Assembly (NCBI GenBank): GCA_025059235.1
Contig: JANXCV010000002.1
Coordinates: 145,498 to 209,497, forward strand
Length of the DNA: 64,000 bases
Source: Candidatus Calescibacterium sp.
GTDB taxonomy: Bacteria > DRYD01
Direction: 5' to 3'
Part shown: in pieces, positions 10,350-20,393 of the stretch
How the letters are laid out: every line of letters starts with the position of its first letter
How positions within the stretch are numbered: position 1 is the first letter of the stretch
Made by a program: the position numbers and the translations under genes
Notes under the pieces: generated by a model
Told to the model about the DNA's origin: nothing
What the model saw: only the letters and a program-made list of their open reading frames with translations
Database searches by the model: none

Positions 10350-10960
10350 TTAACTATTGTTGAATCTATTACAAGAAACGCAGGAGTTTTATTTATCTTC
10401 ATTATGAGGTAAAGATCTCTTTGATTTCAACGTTAGCTTAGTTGTTTGTAAAGTCTTGTCCTGTAGCACAAAATATTACTAAGTTTTTTGGACAACTTGT
10501 TTGCTAAAGTTCTGTTTTAGTGGCATACAAATACTTCGAAATATGAAGCGTTTTACTGTACGATATTTTATGTTTTTTAGTATCTGCTAAGTTCAGTGTT
10601 ATAGCTGAAGATACATCCTCTTCTTAGAGATTTGACAGTAATACATAAAGATCATACATATTTGAGTTCAAAGTAGACAAAGGAGATCCAATGTAACAGA
10701 TTTTGAAAAGAGGATAATACAAAAAGTATTTGAATATGGGGAAGATTGTTGGTATTGGTATAGTTGTAGATTCTTCATATAGGTCTGTTAAACAGTTCTA
10801 GATTGAGAGAATAAAGTAATTGTAATTAACATTATGATTCCAAATTAGACTAGAAGGTGGTTGATCTCTCATCTATAATCCAAAAGCTCTAAAACATATA
10901 GTGGGAGAATCTTTATGGGGAGGTTTGATTTTATATCAACACAGGGATTTCATAATCCTC

Positions 10961-11140
10961 AACTTTCTGAGCATTCCAAATCTGTATGGCTATCTCCTAA
11001 TAAAATAGCTATTCTGTAAGTTTACAGAAAATCTTTCTATTGTTCTCCTAAGAAGTGGATTTTTGAGGTTTTTACAGGGACAGTTTTCTTCTGGTTTGTA
11101 TTATAGCTTTTATCGAAAATTTCTGGATCAAAGATTATGA
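10961..11140 (-). pseudogene. Degraded copy of an internal segment (about aa 72-137) of the gmhB-like HAD phosphatase gene at 16543-17073
   Basis: About 85% nucleotide identity to 16661-16857 in the same orientation, with a 17-nt deletion and in-frame stops. Confidence 0.7.
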
Positions 11141-12162
11141 ATTTCCGAATCCTTTTTCTCCTAATGTTCTGTATATTTTAAATCATTTATTTCTATCGTT
11201 TATTATTGAAGGAAGAAAACTTTAAAAAAATTGATCATTATGAAATAGTGGATCGGCTACTTTATATTTCCCGTTATTAAAATCTAACCAAAAAGCAGAA
11301 GAATTTGTCAGAAGATATGTTGAGATGGTAAAAGCTGGGAAAGATTCTGTATCAGTTTCTTGAAGACATTGAGTGAAATATACCTTGTAGAATATTTTAG
11401 ATTTGGTGATGAAGTAGATTCTCCTGGAAAATATAGTATGTTACAAATTATATTAATAAAACTGAAGTTAGATAGATACAAAATTACTGTAGGTATGGAA
11501 TAGTAAAAAGACTACACAAAGAACTGTTATCGCAAAAAAACAACGACTATAAACAGTCAGGAGAGTTGGGCATTTTGTCACCATCTGTGCTGATATTTCT
11601 TAAACAGTGGGTAAATTGATAATCTGGATCGAAAATATCCTGCTAGAGGAGTATAGAGATACACTAAGAGAAGTAATATTGGAATGAAATAAGGCTTTTA
11701 ACAAGATTTGATATAGTGATCTGATCGAGGCAGGAGCCCAAACCTGATGACGATGACAAAGCATAAGGTATCCAACTATAAGATACCAGCATGTTAAATG
11801 CAACTACTTTTGCTGTAAGTTCTTGAATGTTACCAGTTAAGTGTCAAAGAAGATAATTAGAAATATACAGACAATTTTTGTACGGTATGGAGTACACTAT
11901 TTTCGAATCTCTATGTATTATGCTATCTGATACCAAATACTACGGAAATAAATAAGGAAAAATTTGCAAGAGATTGTATAAAAAAACATATTTTTCTAAC
12001 CATTGCCGGTACTGCAAAGAAGAAGGATATTAACCAATTAATCAAGATAAAAATGAAAACTATAGATGTAAAAACGAAAATTATAGATGAAGAGATTAAT
12101 CTATTGTAAGTTTTATTTATAGAACCTTGAAAAAGTTTATCTGTATTGGAAAACACCAAATG

Positions 12163-12936
12163 CTATTCCAACTTTTCGTTGAATACTATGAAGTTTTTTG
12201 TTTTACCTTTTTCTATCTCAAGTAAAACGGCGTTGAATATGTAGGGTTTTTCTCGTTCAGGTTCAAACTTGCTTGATAATCCTGTTTCAAATTTTTCCAG
12301 TATACTTGAGATTTTGAAACCTATAATCGAATTATATGAGCCACACATACCTACATCACTTATGAAAAATGTTCCTTGTGGTAATATTCTGGCGTCAGAA
12401 GTTTGTACATGTGTATGTGTTCCGATTACTGCTGATACCTGTCCGTCTAGCAGGTATCCTATCATATATTTTTCTGCAGTTGCCTCTGCGTGTAAGTCTA
12501 CAATGATATTTTCGTATTTCTCAAAAAATCCTTCTTCTTTTAGCTTTTTTATTGTTACTAGTGGACTTATAGGTGTATCAAGGAAAGTTTTTCCTAGAAG
12601 ATTGATCACTGCTAAATTTAATTCTTCATTGGTATATATTCTTTTTCCAGGGGCCCATGGGAAAAGATTGTATGGAACTATTATATTATCTACCTGCTTT
12701 AATATTTCTAGAATTTCTTTGTTATCCCAAGCGTGATTCCCTGTGGTTATTAAGTTTGCTCCATATTCTATTAGTTCGGTGTAAGTTTTTTTGCTTACAC
12801 CAAATCCACCAGCACTGTTTTCTCCATTTACTATTACAAAGTCTACTCTATGTTGATTTTTTATTATCTTTAAAAAATGTTCGAAAGCTTTTCTTCCCGA
12901 TGTAGATACCGTGTCCCCTACAAATAGTATATTCAT
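12163..12936 (-). CDS. ymdB: YmdB-like metallophosphoesterase (TIGR00282 family, 2',3'-cyclic-nucleotide phosphodiesterase)
   Basis: MNILFVGDTV..., GENSAGGFG and TTGNHAWD motifs match YmdB. Confidence 0.75.
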   Translation of the reverse strand: MNILFVGDTVSTSGRKAFEHFLKIIKNQHRVDFVIVNGENSAGGFGVSKKTYTELIEYGANLITTGNHAWDNKEILEILKQVDNIIVPYNLFPWAPGKRIYTNEELNLAVINLLGKTFLDTPISPLVTIKKLKEEGFFEKYENIIVDLHAEATAEKYMIGYLLDGQVSAVIGTHTHVQTSDARILPQGTFFISDVGMCGSYNSIIGFKISSILEKFETGLSSKFEPEREKPYIFNAVLLEIEKGKTKNFIVFNEKLE

Positions 12937-12957
12937 TTTTGTATATTTTCCTGAGTT

Positions 12958-13281
12958 CTATATTTCTGATTCTGAAGCTATTACACTTTCCAGACCGTAT
13001 TTGAGGTTTACAACATCTATTGAGGTTGGTTTTCTTATGTTGGTTACTGATATTTCAGGTATACTTTTAAATTGTTCTGCTAGAGTTTGAATCAAATTTT
13101 CTTTGTCTTCTACTGATATTAGCATTCTTATGGTTTTGGGTTTTACTTCTGAAGGCATTATGCCTTCTATTCCTGTTGTAAAGGCTGCTATATTGGCATT
13201 CATTTGGGCTAATATGGAGGTTATTTTTGCTAGCACTCCGGGTTTATCTTCGATTACCTTTGCTTCTATGTAGAGGATCAT
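12958..13281 (-). CDS. ACT domain-containing protein
   Basis: 107 aa; KPGVLAKITSILAQMNANI is an ACT-type regulatory fold signature. Confidence 0.55.
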   Translation of the reverse strand: MILYIEAKVIEDKPGVLAKITSILAQMNANIAAFTTGIEGIMPSEVKPKTIRMLISVEDKENLIQTLAEQFKSIPEISVTNIRKPTSIDVVNLKYGLESVIASESEI

Positions 13282-13344
13282 ACTGTTTTCCTTTGAACTA
13301 CGGGTAAAGCTTTTGTATACCGCTCTTTACCCTAAGCGGTTATT

Positions 13345-14019
13345 TTAATAGTTTTTCACTACATTATCTATTCCCATCTTTTTTAATTTATTACTTTCTT
13401 CAATTGCTTCCTCTTTTGTTCGATATGGTCCAATTATTACTCTATATATGGACTTTTCTTCTATTATGATTTGTTCTACTTTAGGTTCAAGGCCTATGGA
13501 TTCTAGCTGAGTTTTCATAGCTTTAGCGTTATCGATAGATGAAAATGATCCGAGCTGAATGTAGTATAGTCCATCGATGTTGAGGTTTTTTTCATTATTT
13601 TCTTGTTTTGTTTCAGGTATAACTGATTCGGAGTTAGATTCTTTTTTTGTTTCCTGATGGTTTGTATTTGATGTGTTTTCCTCTATTTCTTTCTCATTAT
13701 GTTCCGAGGATATACTTTCCTCTTTTTTGGTGGTAGTTTTTATCGTCGTTATAGTTGTGTTGGGTATTAAACTATTGTTATTATCATTTTCTGAAATACT
13801 TTTTTTATTTTTTTCTTCTCTTTGGAGATGTGGTATGACTATTGAGGGTTGATTGTTTTCTGAAAAGGTATTGTAGGTTTTTTCTTCTATGAGTGGGGAT
13901 ATTAGAGGCTTTTCAGTTTCTTTGGTTGGGCTTATTTTTTCTTTGTAGAAATTTTGACCGGCATAATATCCTATTGCAGAAGCTGCGATAATTAGAAGTA
14001 TGAGCACTATGTACTTCAT
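13345..14019 (-). CDS. SPOR domain protein (septal peptidoglycan-binding) with N-terminal membrane anchor and low-complexity linker
   Basis: N-terminal TM helix, an N/S/T/E-rich linker, and a C-terminal YYIQLGSFSSIDNAKAM...YRVIIGPYRTKEEA SPOR motif. Confidence 0.65.
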   Translation of the reverse strand: MKYIVLILLIIAASAIGYYAGQNFYKEKISPTKETEKPLISPLIEEKTYNTFSENNQPSIVIPHLQREEKNKKSISENDNNNSLIPNTTITTIKTTTKKEESISSEHNEKEIEENTSNTNHQETKKESNSESVIPETKQENNEKNLNIDGLYYIQLGSFSSIDNAKAMKTQLESIGLEPKVEQIIIEEKSIYRVIIGPYRTKEEAIEESNKLKKMGIDNVVKNY

Positions 14020-14038
14020 TATATTTTTTGTTTTCTTA

Positions 14039-15055
14039 TTATATTTTTTGTTTTCTTAGTTCTGCTGCTGATACTTCTGGTGGGATCGGATTTATATATG
14101 TACCTGTTCCCCATTCAAAACCAGCTACCTTTGTTAGCCTTGGGATTATCTCTATATGCCAGTGAAAATATTCTTTGCTGTTTGAGTTAGGGGGTGCAGT
14201 GTGAAGCATCATGTTGAATGGAGGGTTATCTAGCAATAGGTAAATTTTAGATAATACTACTTTTAGGGTTTCTGCTAAGTCTACAACATGATTCTTATCT
14301 ATATCTTCAAAACGGTGAGAATGTTTTTTAGGTATAATCCATGTTTCGAACGGAAAAACTGATGCGAATGGACAAAAAGCTATGAACGAATTATTTTCAA
14401 ACACTATTCTATCTTGATGTCCTCTTTCTTGGGTTATTATATCACAGAATATACATCTATCTTTGAGATCGTAGTATTCTTTCGCGTTATCTATCTCATT
14501 TTTTATCACGGAAGGTATTATGGGTGTTGCTATGATTTGTGAGTGTGGGTGGAAAAGAGAAGCTCCGGCATCCTTACCATGATTTTTAAATATAATAACA
14601 TACTTTATCCTGGGATCTTTTGATAGCTCTATTATTCTATCTCTATAAGCCCAGATTATTTCTTGGTAAAGTTCTTGGGATGTTGTTATTGAAACGGCCA
14701 TATGGTCTTCGCCTTCTATAAGAACTTCATGATATCCTATACCGTTCATAAAATCGTATATTCCAATTCCTTTTTTATCTAGATCTCCATCTGGTTTGAG
14801 AGCTGGAAACTTGTTGTTTACTACTCTTATCCACCAACCTGGTCCGTTTGCCAGCGTACCTGGTTTTCTGTAGGCTAATACTTCTGGAGGGGTCATGTAC
14901 TCATTACCTGGACAGAAAGGACACTTCGATGGGTCCCCAGGGTCATCTTTTATTCTCTGCTTAAAATCATTCGGTCTTGCTGCTCTTTCTGTAGCTATTA
15001 TCACCCATCTCTTTAATACTGGATCTTTTCTTAGTTCCGGCATAGCTTTCCCCAC
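14039..15055 (-). CDS. galT: Galactose-1-phosphate uridylyltransferase (class I GalT)
   Basis: CPFCPGNE zinc motif and FHPHSQIIA active-site HPH motif; duplicated HIT-like halves. Confidence 0.75.
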   Translation of the reverse strand: MGKAMPELRKDPVLKRWVIIATERAARPNDFKQRIKDDPGDPSKCPFCPGNEYMTPPEVLAYRKPGTLANGPGWWIRVVNNKFPALKPDGDLDKKGIGIYDFMNGIGYHEVLIEGEDHMAVSITTSQELYQEIIWAYRDRIIELSKDPRIKYVIIFKNHGKDAGASLFHPHSQIIATPIIPSVIKNEIDNAKEYYDLKDRCIFCDIITQERGHQDRIVFENNSFIAFCPFASVFPFETWIIPKKHSHRFEDIDKNHVVDLAETLKVVLSKIYLLLDNPPFNMMLHTAPPNSNSKEYFHWHIEIIPRLTKVAGFEWGTGTYINPIPPEVSAAELRKQKI

Positions 15056-15106
15056 AAATTACAGATGTCTTTCATAATAATTAGATCAATTTTTTACTTT
15101 TCCTCT

Positions 15107-16603
15107 TTAAGAATTAAATTCTTTTTCTATGAAGTAAACGATTTTGTTATTTGCTATAAACTTTTCTTGTAATCCCGATATGGAACCAAATTTTTTGAAG
15201 TCCTCATCCCTAACGATAGGTAAACCAAACAATAAATCATCTAGTTTTATTCTGTAAAAATTATTTATATAGTGATTCAAAATCTTGAAATTTAATTTTT
15301 TGCCTTCTAACATGATTTTCTGAAGTGTAAGCAAGAATTCTATACATAGTATTATACAACAAAAGTAAACTGCTTTTATTAACTTTCGAGAATTATTTTC
15401 GCTATAACTTACCATGTCTTCCTGATGCAAACTAACTGGAAAATTTTCGATACTCGTAGGATAACATAAGTTTTTTAATTCTGTTAGGATATGAGAAGCA
15501 AGGTATTGACTTATCATAAACCCACTGTTTAGACCTTCTTCTTTGGTAAGGAAGCTGGGATTTAGTATATGATTCATTCTTTGAAAGGAAATATTTGAAA
15601 TTTGAAAAATATGAACTGCTAGATGATCACACATCGTAGATATCGTATTACCGTGAAAATTTCCGGCTGAAATAAAATCATCATCTATAATCAAAGGATT
15701 GTCAGTGTTGCTTTTCAATTCACTATCTGCGAAATGAAAACATAATTCATACATTCCGTAAATGCTTTCAAATATCTGGGGATAGCACCTATATGAATAG
15801 GGAGCTTGTAATGGGTAATTATTACTCTGTCTTATTTCTAGCTTTTCTATTATACTATTTAGATCATCTATGGCTTTGCTGAAATACTTACTACTCTTGG
15901 TATTTTTCAGCTTTTTATGAAAATGTGAAAGGTTTATATTGTTTGCTACTGAACTCAAGACCAATACAAAATTAGAAAATTCTATCAATTTGGAAATAAG
16001 GAACAAACCGACAGAAAAGTTTGCCAATGAATATGAAGTACCATTGATGAAAGATATTGACTCTTTTGTTTTGGGTGAGTAGCTTTCAAGAACTTTTAGG
16101 AAAATATGGGATAAAGGGATTAAATCTCCGCTTGCACCTACCGAAGTCCAACAAGGAATTTCTGGTAGATCTTTATTTTCTAGCATTTTCACAAGATGAA
16201 GTATTAAGTCTAAACTAACACCACTATACCCTATCGACATCTGTCTTAATCTGATCAAAATGGTTAAGAATACGATCAACTTGCTTACAGGTTTGCCATA
16301 ACCAGCGCTATGAGAGTAGATCAAGTTATATTGTAATTTTTCCAGATCGTTAGATGATATAATTCTATCGAATAATTTACCGAAGCCGGTGTTTATCCCG
16401 TATACTGGTCTGTTTATTCTGTCTACTTTTTTTCTTACTTCACTTATCTTATTCTTTAGACTTTCAGATATTTCTATACGTATTTCCGGAATTTCAAGAT
16501 ACTCGAAATATTTGTGAATTATTTTTGTAATCTCTTGGATGTCTAGTTTATCAAGTTCAACTCTGATAGATTCTTTACTATCTTGAATGGTTTTTTCTGC
16601 CAT
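15107..16603 (-). CDS. hutH: Aromatic amino acid ammonia-lyase family protein (histidine ammonia-lyase-like)
   Basis: GFGKL N-terminal motif and VGASGDLIPLSHI, the Ala-Ser-Gly MIO-forming triad context. The start overlaps the upstream gene by 61 nt, so the true start may be later. Confidence 0.6.
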   Translation of the reverse strand: MAEKTIQDSKESIRVELDKLDIQEITKIIHKYFEYLEIPEIRIEISESLKNKISEVRKKVDRINRPVYGINTGFGKLFDRIISSNDLEKLQYNLIYSHSAGYGKPVSKLIVFLTILIRLRQMSIGYSGVSLDLILHLVKMLENKDLPEIPCWTSVGASGDLIPLSHIFLKVLESYSPKTKESISFINGTSYSLANFSVGLFLISKLIEFSNFVLVLSSVANNINLSHFHKKLKNTKSSKYFSKAIDDLNSIIEKLEIRQSNNYPLQAPYSYRCYPQIFESIYGMYELCFHFADSELKSNTDNPLIIDDDFISAGNFHGNTISTMCDHLAVHIFQISNISFQRMNHILNPSFLTKEEGLNSGFMISQYLASHILTELKNLCYPTSIENFPVSLHQEDMVSYSENNSRKLIKAVYFCCIILCIEFLLTLQKIMLEGKKLNFKILNHYINNFYRIKLDDLLFGLPIVRDEDFKKFGSISGLQEKFIANNKIVYFIEKEFNS

Positions 16604-17073
16604 GATTGAGCTTCCTCTAACTTCGTCTTACCGGTGAGGACTAAGATGAATTTTATTCCCAAACTTTCTGAGCATTCCAGATCTGTATAACTATCTCCTA
16701 TAAAATAACTATTCTCTAAATTTACAGAAAATCTTTGTATTGCTTTCCTTAGAAGTAGATTTTTGGGTTTTCTACAGGGACAGTTTTCTTCTGGTCTGTG
16801 TGGACAGAAATAAATGGCTTTTATCGAAAATTTCTGGATCAAAAATTTTGATAGCTGTACAAAAAAAGATAGATCTACTATACCTTTGTTTATCCCTGCT
16901 TGATTGGTTATTACTATAAATTGATAGTGATCCTTGTGTTTTTCCCAAAATTCCCCAAATCCTCTTATTATTCTGAATTCTTCAAAATCTTTTACATAAT
17001 CTTGTTCTAGGTATTCGTTTATAACTCCGTCCCTATCAAGGAATATGGTTTTTACCACCACCAATAATTCCAA
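16543..17073 (-). CDS. gmhB: HAD-IIIA phosphatase, D,D-heptose 1,7-bisphosphate phosphatase (GmhB)-like
   Basis: IFLDRDGVIN, CPHRPEENCPCRKPK and IGDSYTDLE motifs. Confidence 0.7.
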   Translation of the reverse strand: MELLVVVKTIFLDRDGVINEYLEQDYVKDFEEFRIIRGFGEFWEKHKDHYQFIVITNQAGINKGIVDLSFFVQLSKFLIQKFSIKAIYFCPHRPEENCPCRKPKNLLLRKAIQRFSVNLENSYFIGDSYTDLECSESLGIKFILVLTGKTKLEEAQSWQKKPFKIVKNLSELNLIN

Positions 17074-17498
17074 CCGAAGTTATACCAGCAGGGACTATAC
17101 AGATATGAGTAGTACATTGGGTAATACATATAATAGCTATAAGACATTAGAGAACCCAGTGCTAAACCAGTAAACAATCCTAATCCCCCTACTACTAGAT
17201 ATTTCCATAGATTGTTACTTGTATTTTCTGTATAGTTAGCTTGGTTTATGAAAGGATAGTTGTACTGAGTTTGTGGTATTACACTCAATTGCTGAGCCTG
17301 ATAAAAGGGATTTTGCAAGAAAGGATTCTCGTTACCTACTGGAGGAACTATCTTGGAATTATCGAAGGTGTTTACTACAACCGTATCTTTTACGGGTTGA
17401 TTTTGGGATTGATTAAAAGTCTGAACAGAAGACTGATTTTGAGAAGGTTGTAACTTTTGTATTTCTTGACCACTATTAATTTTCTTTATTTCTGTCAT
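17052..17498 (-). CDS. Hypothetical Q/N-rich protein with a hydrophobic aromatic C-terminal tail (...YNFGWNYWWW)
   Basis: ORF 17052-17567. I chose the start at MTEIKK (17498) to avoid overlapping the upstream ORF. Confidence 0.4.
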   Translation of the reverse strand: MTEIKKINSGQEIQKLQPSQNQSSVQTFNQSQNQPVKDTVVVNTFDNSKIVPPVGNENPFLQNPFYQAQQLSVIPQTQYNYPFINQANYTENTSNNLWKYLVVGGLGLFTGLALGSLMSYSYYMYYPMYYSYLYSPCWYNFGWNYWWW

Positions 17499-17500
17499 TT

Positions 17501-17809
17501 TCAACACCTCCATATCCCCAAGAATACCCATGGAACCCATGGAACAAATGGGATAGTATAACACCATAAAGGAAGAAAGGAAAAAGAGAACGGATGGAAA
17601 ATGTAGTTAAAACCGTTGTGGTATGGAACAAATCTGTAGTTATTATATACTGGCTCGTTATATGTATTGTTTATTATGTAGACATTATCTGCGTTTATTT
17701 CTACATTGTTGCCTTTTATTCCAACTTGGTATAGATTAGTTTTTCTTTGATTCTGTTCGGTAGGTATCTTGTTGCTTACTCTTGTAACTGAGCTGCGTTG
17801 TACGTTCAT
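17501..17809 (-). CDS. Hypothetical small protein with an aromatic, hydrophobic C-terminus
   Basis: 102-aa ORF lying between two other small genes on the same strand. Confidence 0.35.
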   Translation of the reverse strand: MNVQRSSVTRVSNKIPTEQNQRKTNLYQVGIKGNNVEINADNVYIINNTYNEPVYNNYRFVPYHNGFNYIFHPFSFSFLPLWCYTIPFVPWVPWVFLGIWRC

Positions 17810-17848
17810 GTTTGTTCACCTATTTTTATTTTATTTGTTCTTCTAATC

Positions 17849-18412
17849 TTATCCTTTGGATTTTTGTTTCTTTACCTTTGTTTGCTTGATTCCGATGACA
17901 TTATCTACTATTTGGTATTCTTCTCCTTTTGCATCCATTGAGTTGGTTTCTATTCCGACAGTATTTTGTTTAATTATGACTTTTTCTCCTTTTGCGTATA
18001 TCTTTTCTCCTTTTAATCCTGTTTCATTAGATTCTACTACTATTGTATTTCCTTTTACGGAGGCTAGGTTTTCTCCTTTTGCTCCTACTTTATTTCCGTT
18101 AATGGCTATGAACCCTTTGCTATGAATCCCTAGATTTTTCGATTTTATTCCAGTGGTGTTGTTAGAAATCTGTGTGGATATTTTGGTCTTAATTCCAACG
18201 TTTGCTGAGTCTATACCGGTTTTATTGGAACTGATTGATAGTTTATCTACGTTTGTTGATAGATTAATACTTTTTATACCTTTATCGTTGGACGATATAT
18301 CTAGACTGCCTCCTTCCACTTTTACTGTTTTTCCCTTTATTCCTATATCGTTGTTCTTTATTACTAGGTTGGTTGCTTGTATTTTTATTTTTCCTCCTTC
18401 TATTCCTGGCAT
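17849..18412 (-). CDS. Repeat protein with about 21-aa N-x-x-G-I-K periodic units; bactofilin-like beta-helical flavour
   Basis: At least six tandem units (NNDIGIKGK..., NDKGIKSIN..., NKTGIDSAN..., NTTGIKSKN...). The G/V/I/K alternation resembles bactofilin (DUF583) repeats. Confidence 0.4.
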   Translation of the reverse strand: MPGIEGGKIKIQATNLVIKNNDIGIKGKTVKVEGGSLDISSNDKGIKSINLSTNVDKLSISSNKTGIDSANVGIKTKISTQISNNTTGIKSKNLGIHSKGFIAINGNKVGAKGENLASVKGNTIVVESNETGLKGEKIYAKGEKVIIKQNTVGIETNSMDAKGEEYQIVDNVIGIKQTKVKKQKSKG

Positions 18413-18654
18413 TTTTTATCCCTCCCTAGCTTGACTGATCAGTTGGATGTTTAATATAATGTTAAACCTCTTTTTTAAAGAATAGTGATGTTTGTTAAAA
18501 AAGTGTAAAAAAGTAATTTTTGAACGTTTCGTTTCAATTCTAGGATGAATATACGAATTCCCACTGATTAAGCCTATTTGATTTTAGAAAGGGAAAAGTA
18601 AAATAAGGTATAATATTTTTTGTGTATTGAGACTAATTAGTAAGGGTTACAAAT

Positions 18655-19944
18655 ATGCATGATATTAACTTAATAACCCAAAATCCGCAAAAATTTAAAT
18701 ATTACCTGGAAATAAGGAATGAAGACCCTTCAATTATTGATCGGCTTCTAGAGATTAATAGCCAAAGAAAGGAACTTATCACCAAAATCAACAACCTTAG
18801 AAACCAGAAAAATAATATATCGGATAAGATAGCAAGGAAGCAGTATTCTAGTGAGGAAGAAAGACAATTATTGGTAAAGGATTCAAACTTACTAGATCGG
18901 GAAATAAAGGACCTAGAACCCATTCTTTCTGAAGTTGAACAAAGTATGAAAAATATTCTACTTAATATTCCCAATATTGTTGCTGAAGATGTTCCCGTTG
19001 GGAAAGATTCGAACGATAACCAAATAATTTATACGGAAGAGGAGGGATTGACCCCTAATTTTGATCCTTTGCCTCACTGGGAAATAGCTGAGAAGTTGAA
19101 TATAATAGATTTCGAAAGAGGCGTTAAATTATCAGGTTCTAGATTCTATATAATGAAAGGTAAATTAGCCAAACTTCAAAGAGCTCTGATAAATTTCTTC
19201 CTAGATTTTCATACGCAAAAGCATAATTACAAGGAACTATATTTGCCTTTCATAGTGAAGGGGTATTGCCTGGAAGGTGCAGGACAATTACCCAAATTTG
19301 AGGATAATCTCTACAAAGATTTAGAAGACGATATGTGGTTAGTTCCAACTGCAGAAGTGCCGCTGACCAATATCTATAGAGATGAAATACTTCCTGCTGA
19401 TGTCTTGCCTCTTTACTATGTCGCTTATACCCCCTGTTTTAGAAAAGAGAAAATTGCAGCGGGAAGGGATGTAAGAGGAATAAAAAGGGGACATCAATTC
19501 GATAAAGTTGAACTATATAAGTTCACTCTTCCTGAAAACAGTGATTACGAACTAGAAAAACTTGTCCAAGATGCTTGTGACATATTAAGAGCTTTGAAAT
19601 TATCGTTCAGAATAGTGAAACTTTGTAGCGGAGACCTGGGATTTTCTTCAGCTAAAACCTACGATATAGAAGTATGGGCTGCAGGATGTAAAGAATGGTT
19701 AGAAGTTAGCTCCTGTAGTAACGTACTTGATTTCCAAGCCAGAAGGGCTAACATAAGGTTTAGAAGAACTCCCCAATCTAAGCCGGAATATGTTCACACC
19801 CTAAATGGATCAGGTTTAGCTCTTCCTAGAGTAGTCATAGCAATACTAGAAAATTACCAACAAAAGGATGGAACTATAAGGATACCAGAAGTACTGCAAC
19901 CTTATACTGGTTTTGATCAAATAGAAATAAACTGGAAGTATTGA
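18655..19944 (+). CDS. serS: Seryl-tRNA synthetase
   Basis: N-terminal coiled coil, TPCFRKE and GSGLALPR class II motifs. Confidence 0.9.
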   Translation: MHDINLITQNPQKFKYYLEIRNEDPSIIDRLLEINSQRKELITKINNLRNQKNNISDKIARKQYSSEEERQLLVKDSNLLDREIKDLEPILSEVEQSMKNILLNIPNIVAEDVPVGKDSNDNQIIYTEEEGLTPNFDPLPHWEIAEKLNIIDFERGVKLSGSRFYIMKGKLAKLQRALINFFLDFHTQKHNYKELYLPFIVKGYCLEGAGQLPKFEDNLYKDLEDDMWLVPTAEVPLTNIYRDEILPADVLPLYYVAYTPCFRKEKIAAGRDVRGIKRGHQFDKVELYKFTLPENSDYELEKLVQDACDILRALKLSFRIVKLCSGDLGFSSAKTYDIEVWAAGCKEWLEVSSCSNVLDFQARRANIRFRRTPQSKPEYVHTLNGSGLALPRVVIAILENYQQKDGTIRIPEVLQPYTGFDQIEINWKY

Positions 19945-20393
19945 GAGGGATGGTTAATATGAAATTTTACGAATCTTCTCTATCTGGGAAAGTAGTAATA
20001 GTGAGAATAGACAGGGACGAAGAAGTGATATCTACTTTGTTTAAAGTTTCATCACAACTGCGACTAGAGTCCGGATTTTTCCAAGGAATAGGAGCTGTGA
20101 AAAAAGCTCTCATTTCATTTTATGACTATCAGACTAAGTCTTACTTAGATAAAGAGATAAATCAAGAAATGGAAGTATTATCTCTATTGGGAAATATATC
20201 TTATCATTATGCTGATGATAAACCTTTTGTTCATGCTCATATTGTTCTGTCAGATAGGAATTTTAATTTAATTGGTGGACATCTAAAGGAAGCGATTGTA
20301 GGAGTAACACTCGAAATAGTGATATTTAACGTGTCTGATAGAATAGAAAGGGTTTATAATCAAGATTTCAATCTCTTTCTCTGGAAACCATGA
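19941..20393 (+). CDS. PPC (DUF296) domain protein
   Basis: Layout and motifs (VVIVRIDRDEEV...FVHAHIVLSD...IGGHL) match the PCC/DUF296 fold. Confidence 0.5.
   Translation: MRGMVNMKFYESSLSGKVVIVRIDRDEEVISTLFKVSSQLRLESGFFQGIGAVKKALISFYDYQTKSYLDKEINQEMEVLSLLGNISYHYADDKPFVHAHIVLSDRNFNLIGGHLKEAIVGVTLEIVIFNVSDRIERVYNQDFNLFLWKP

Noticed and set aside
12269-12905. Plus-strand ORFs (155 aa and 82 aa)
   Set aside because: They are antisense to the conserved ymdB-like gene.
18413-18654. T-box riboswitch leader upstream of serS
   Set aside because: I could not find the conserved T-box sequence (AATTAGGGTGGNACCGCG) or an obvious specifier-loop architecture. The region looks like a plain AT-rich divergent promoter.
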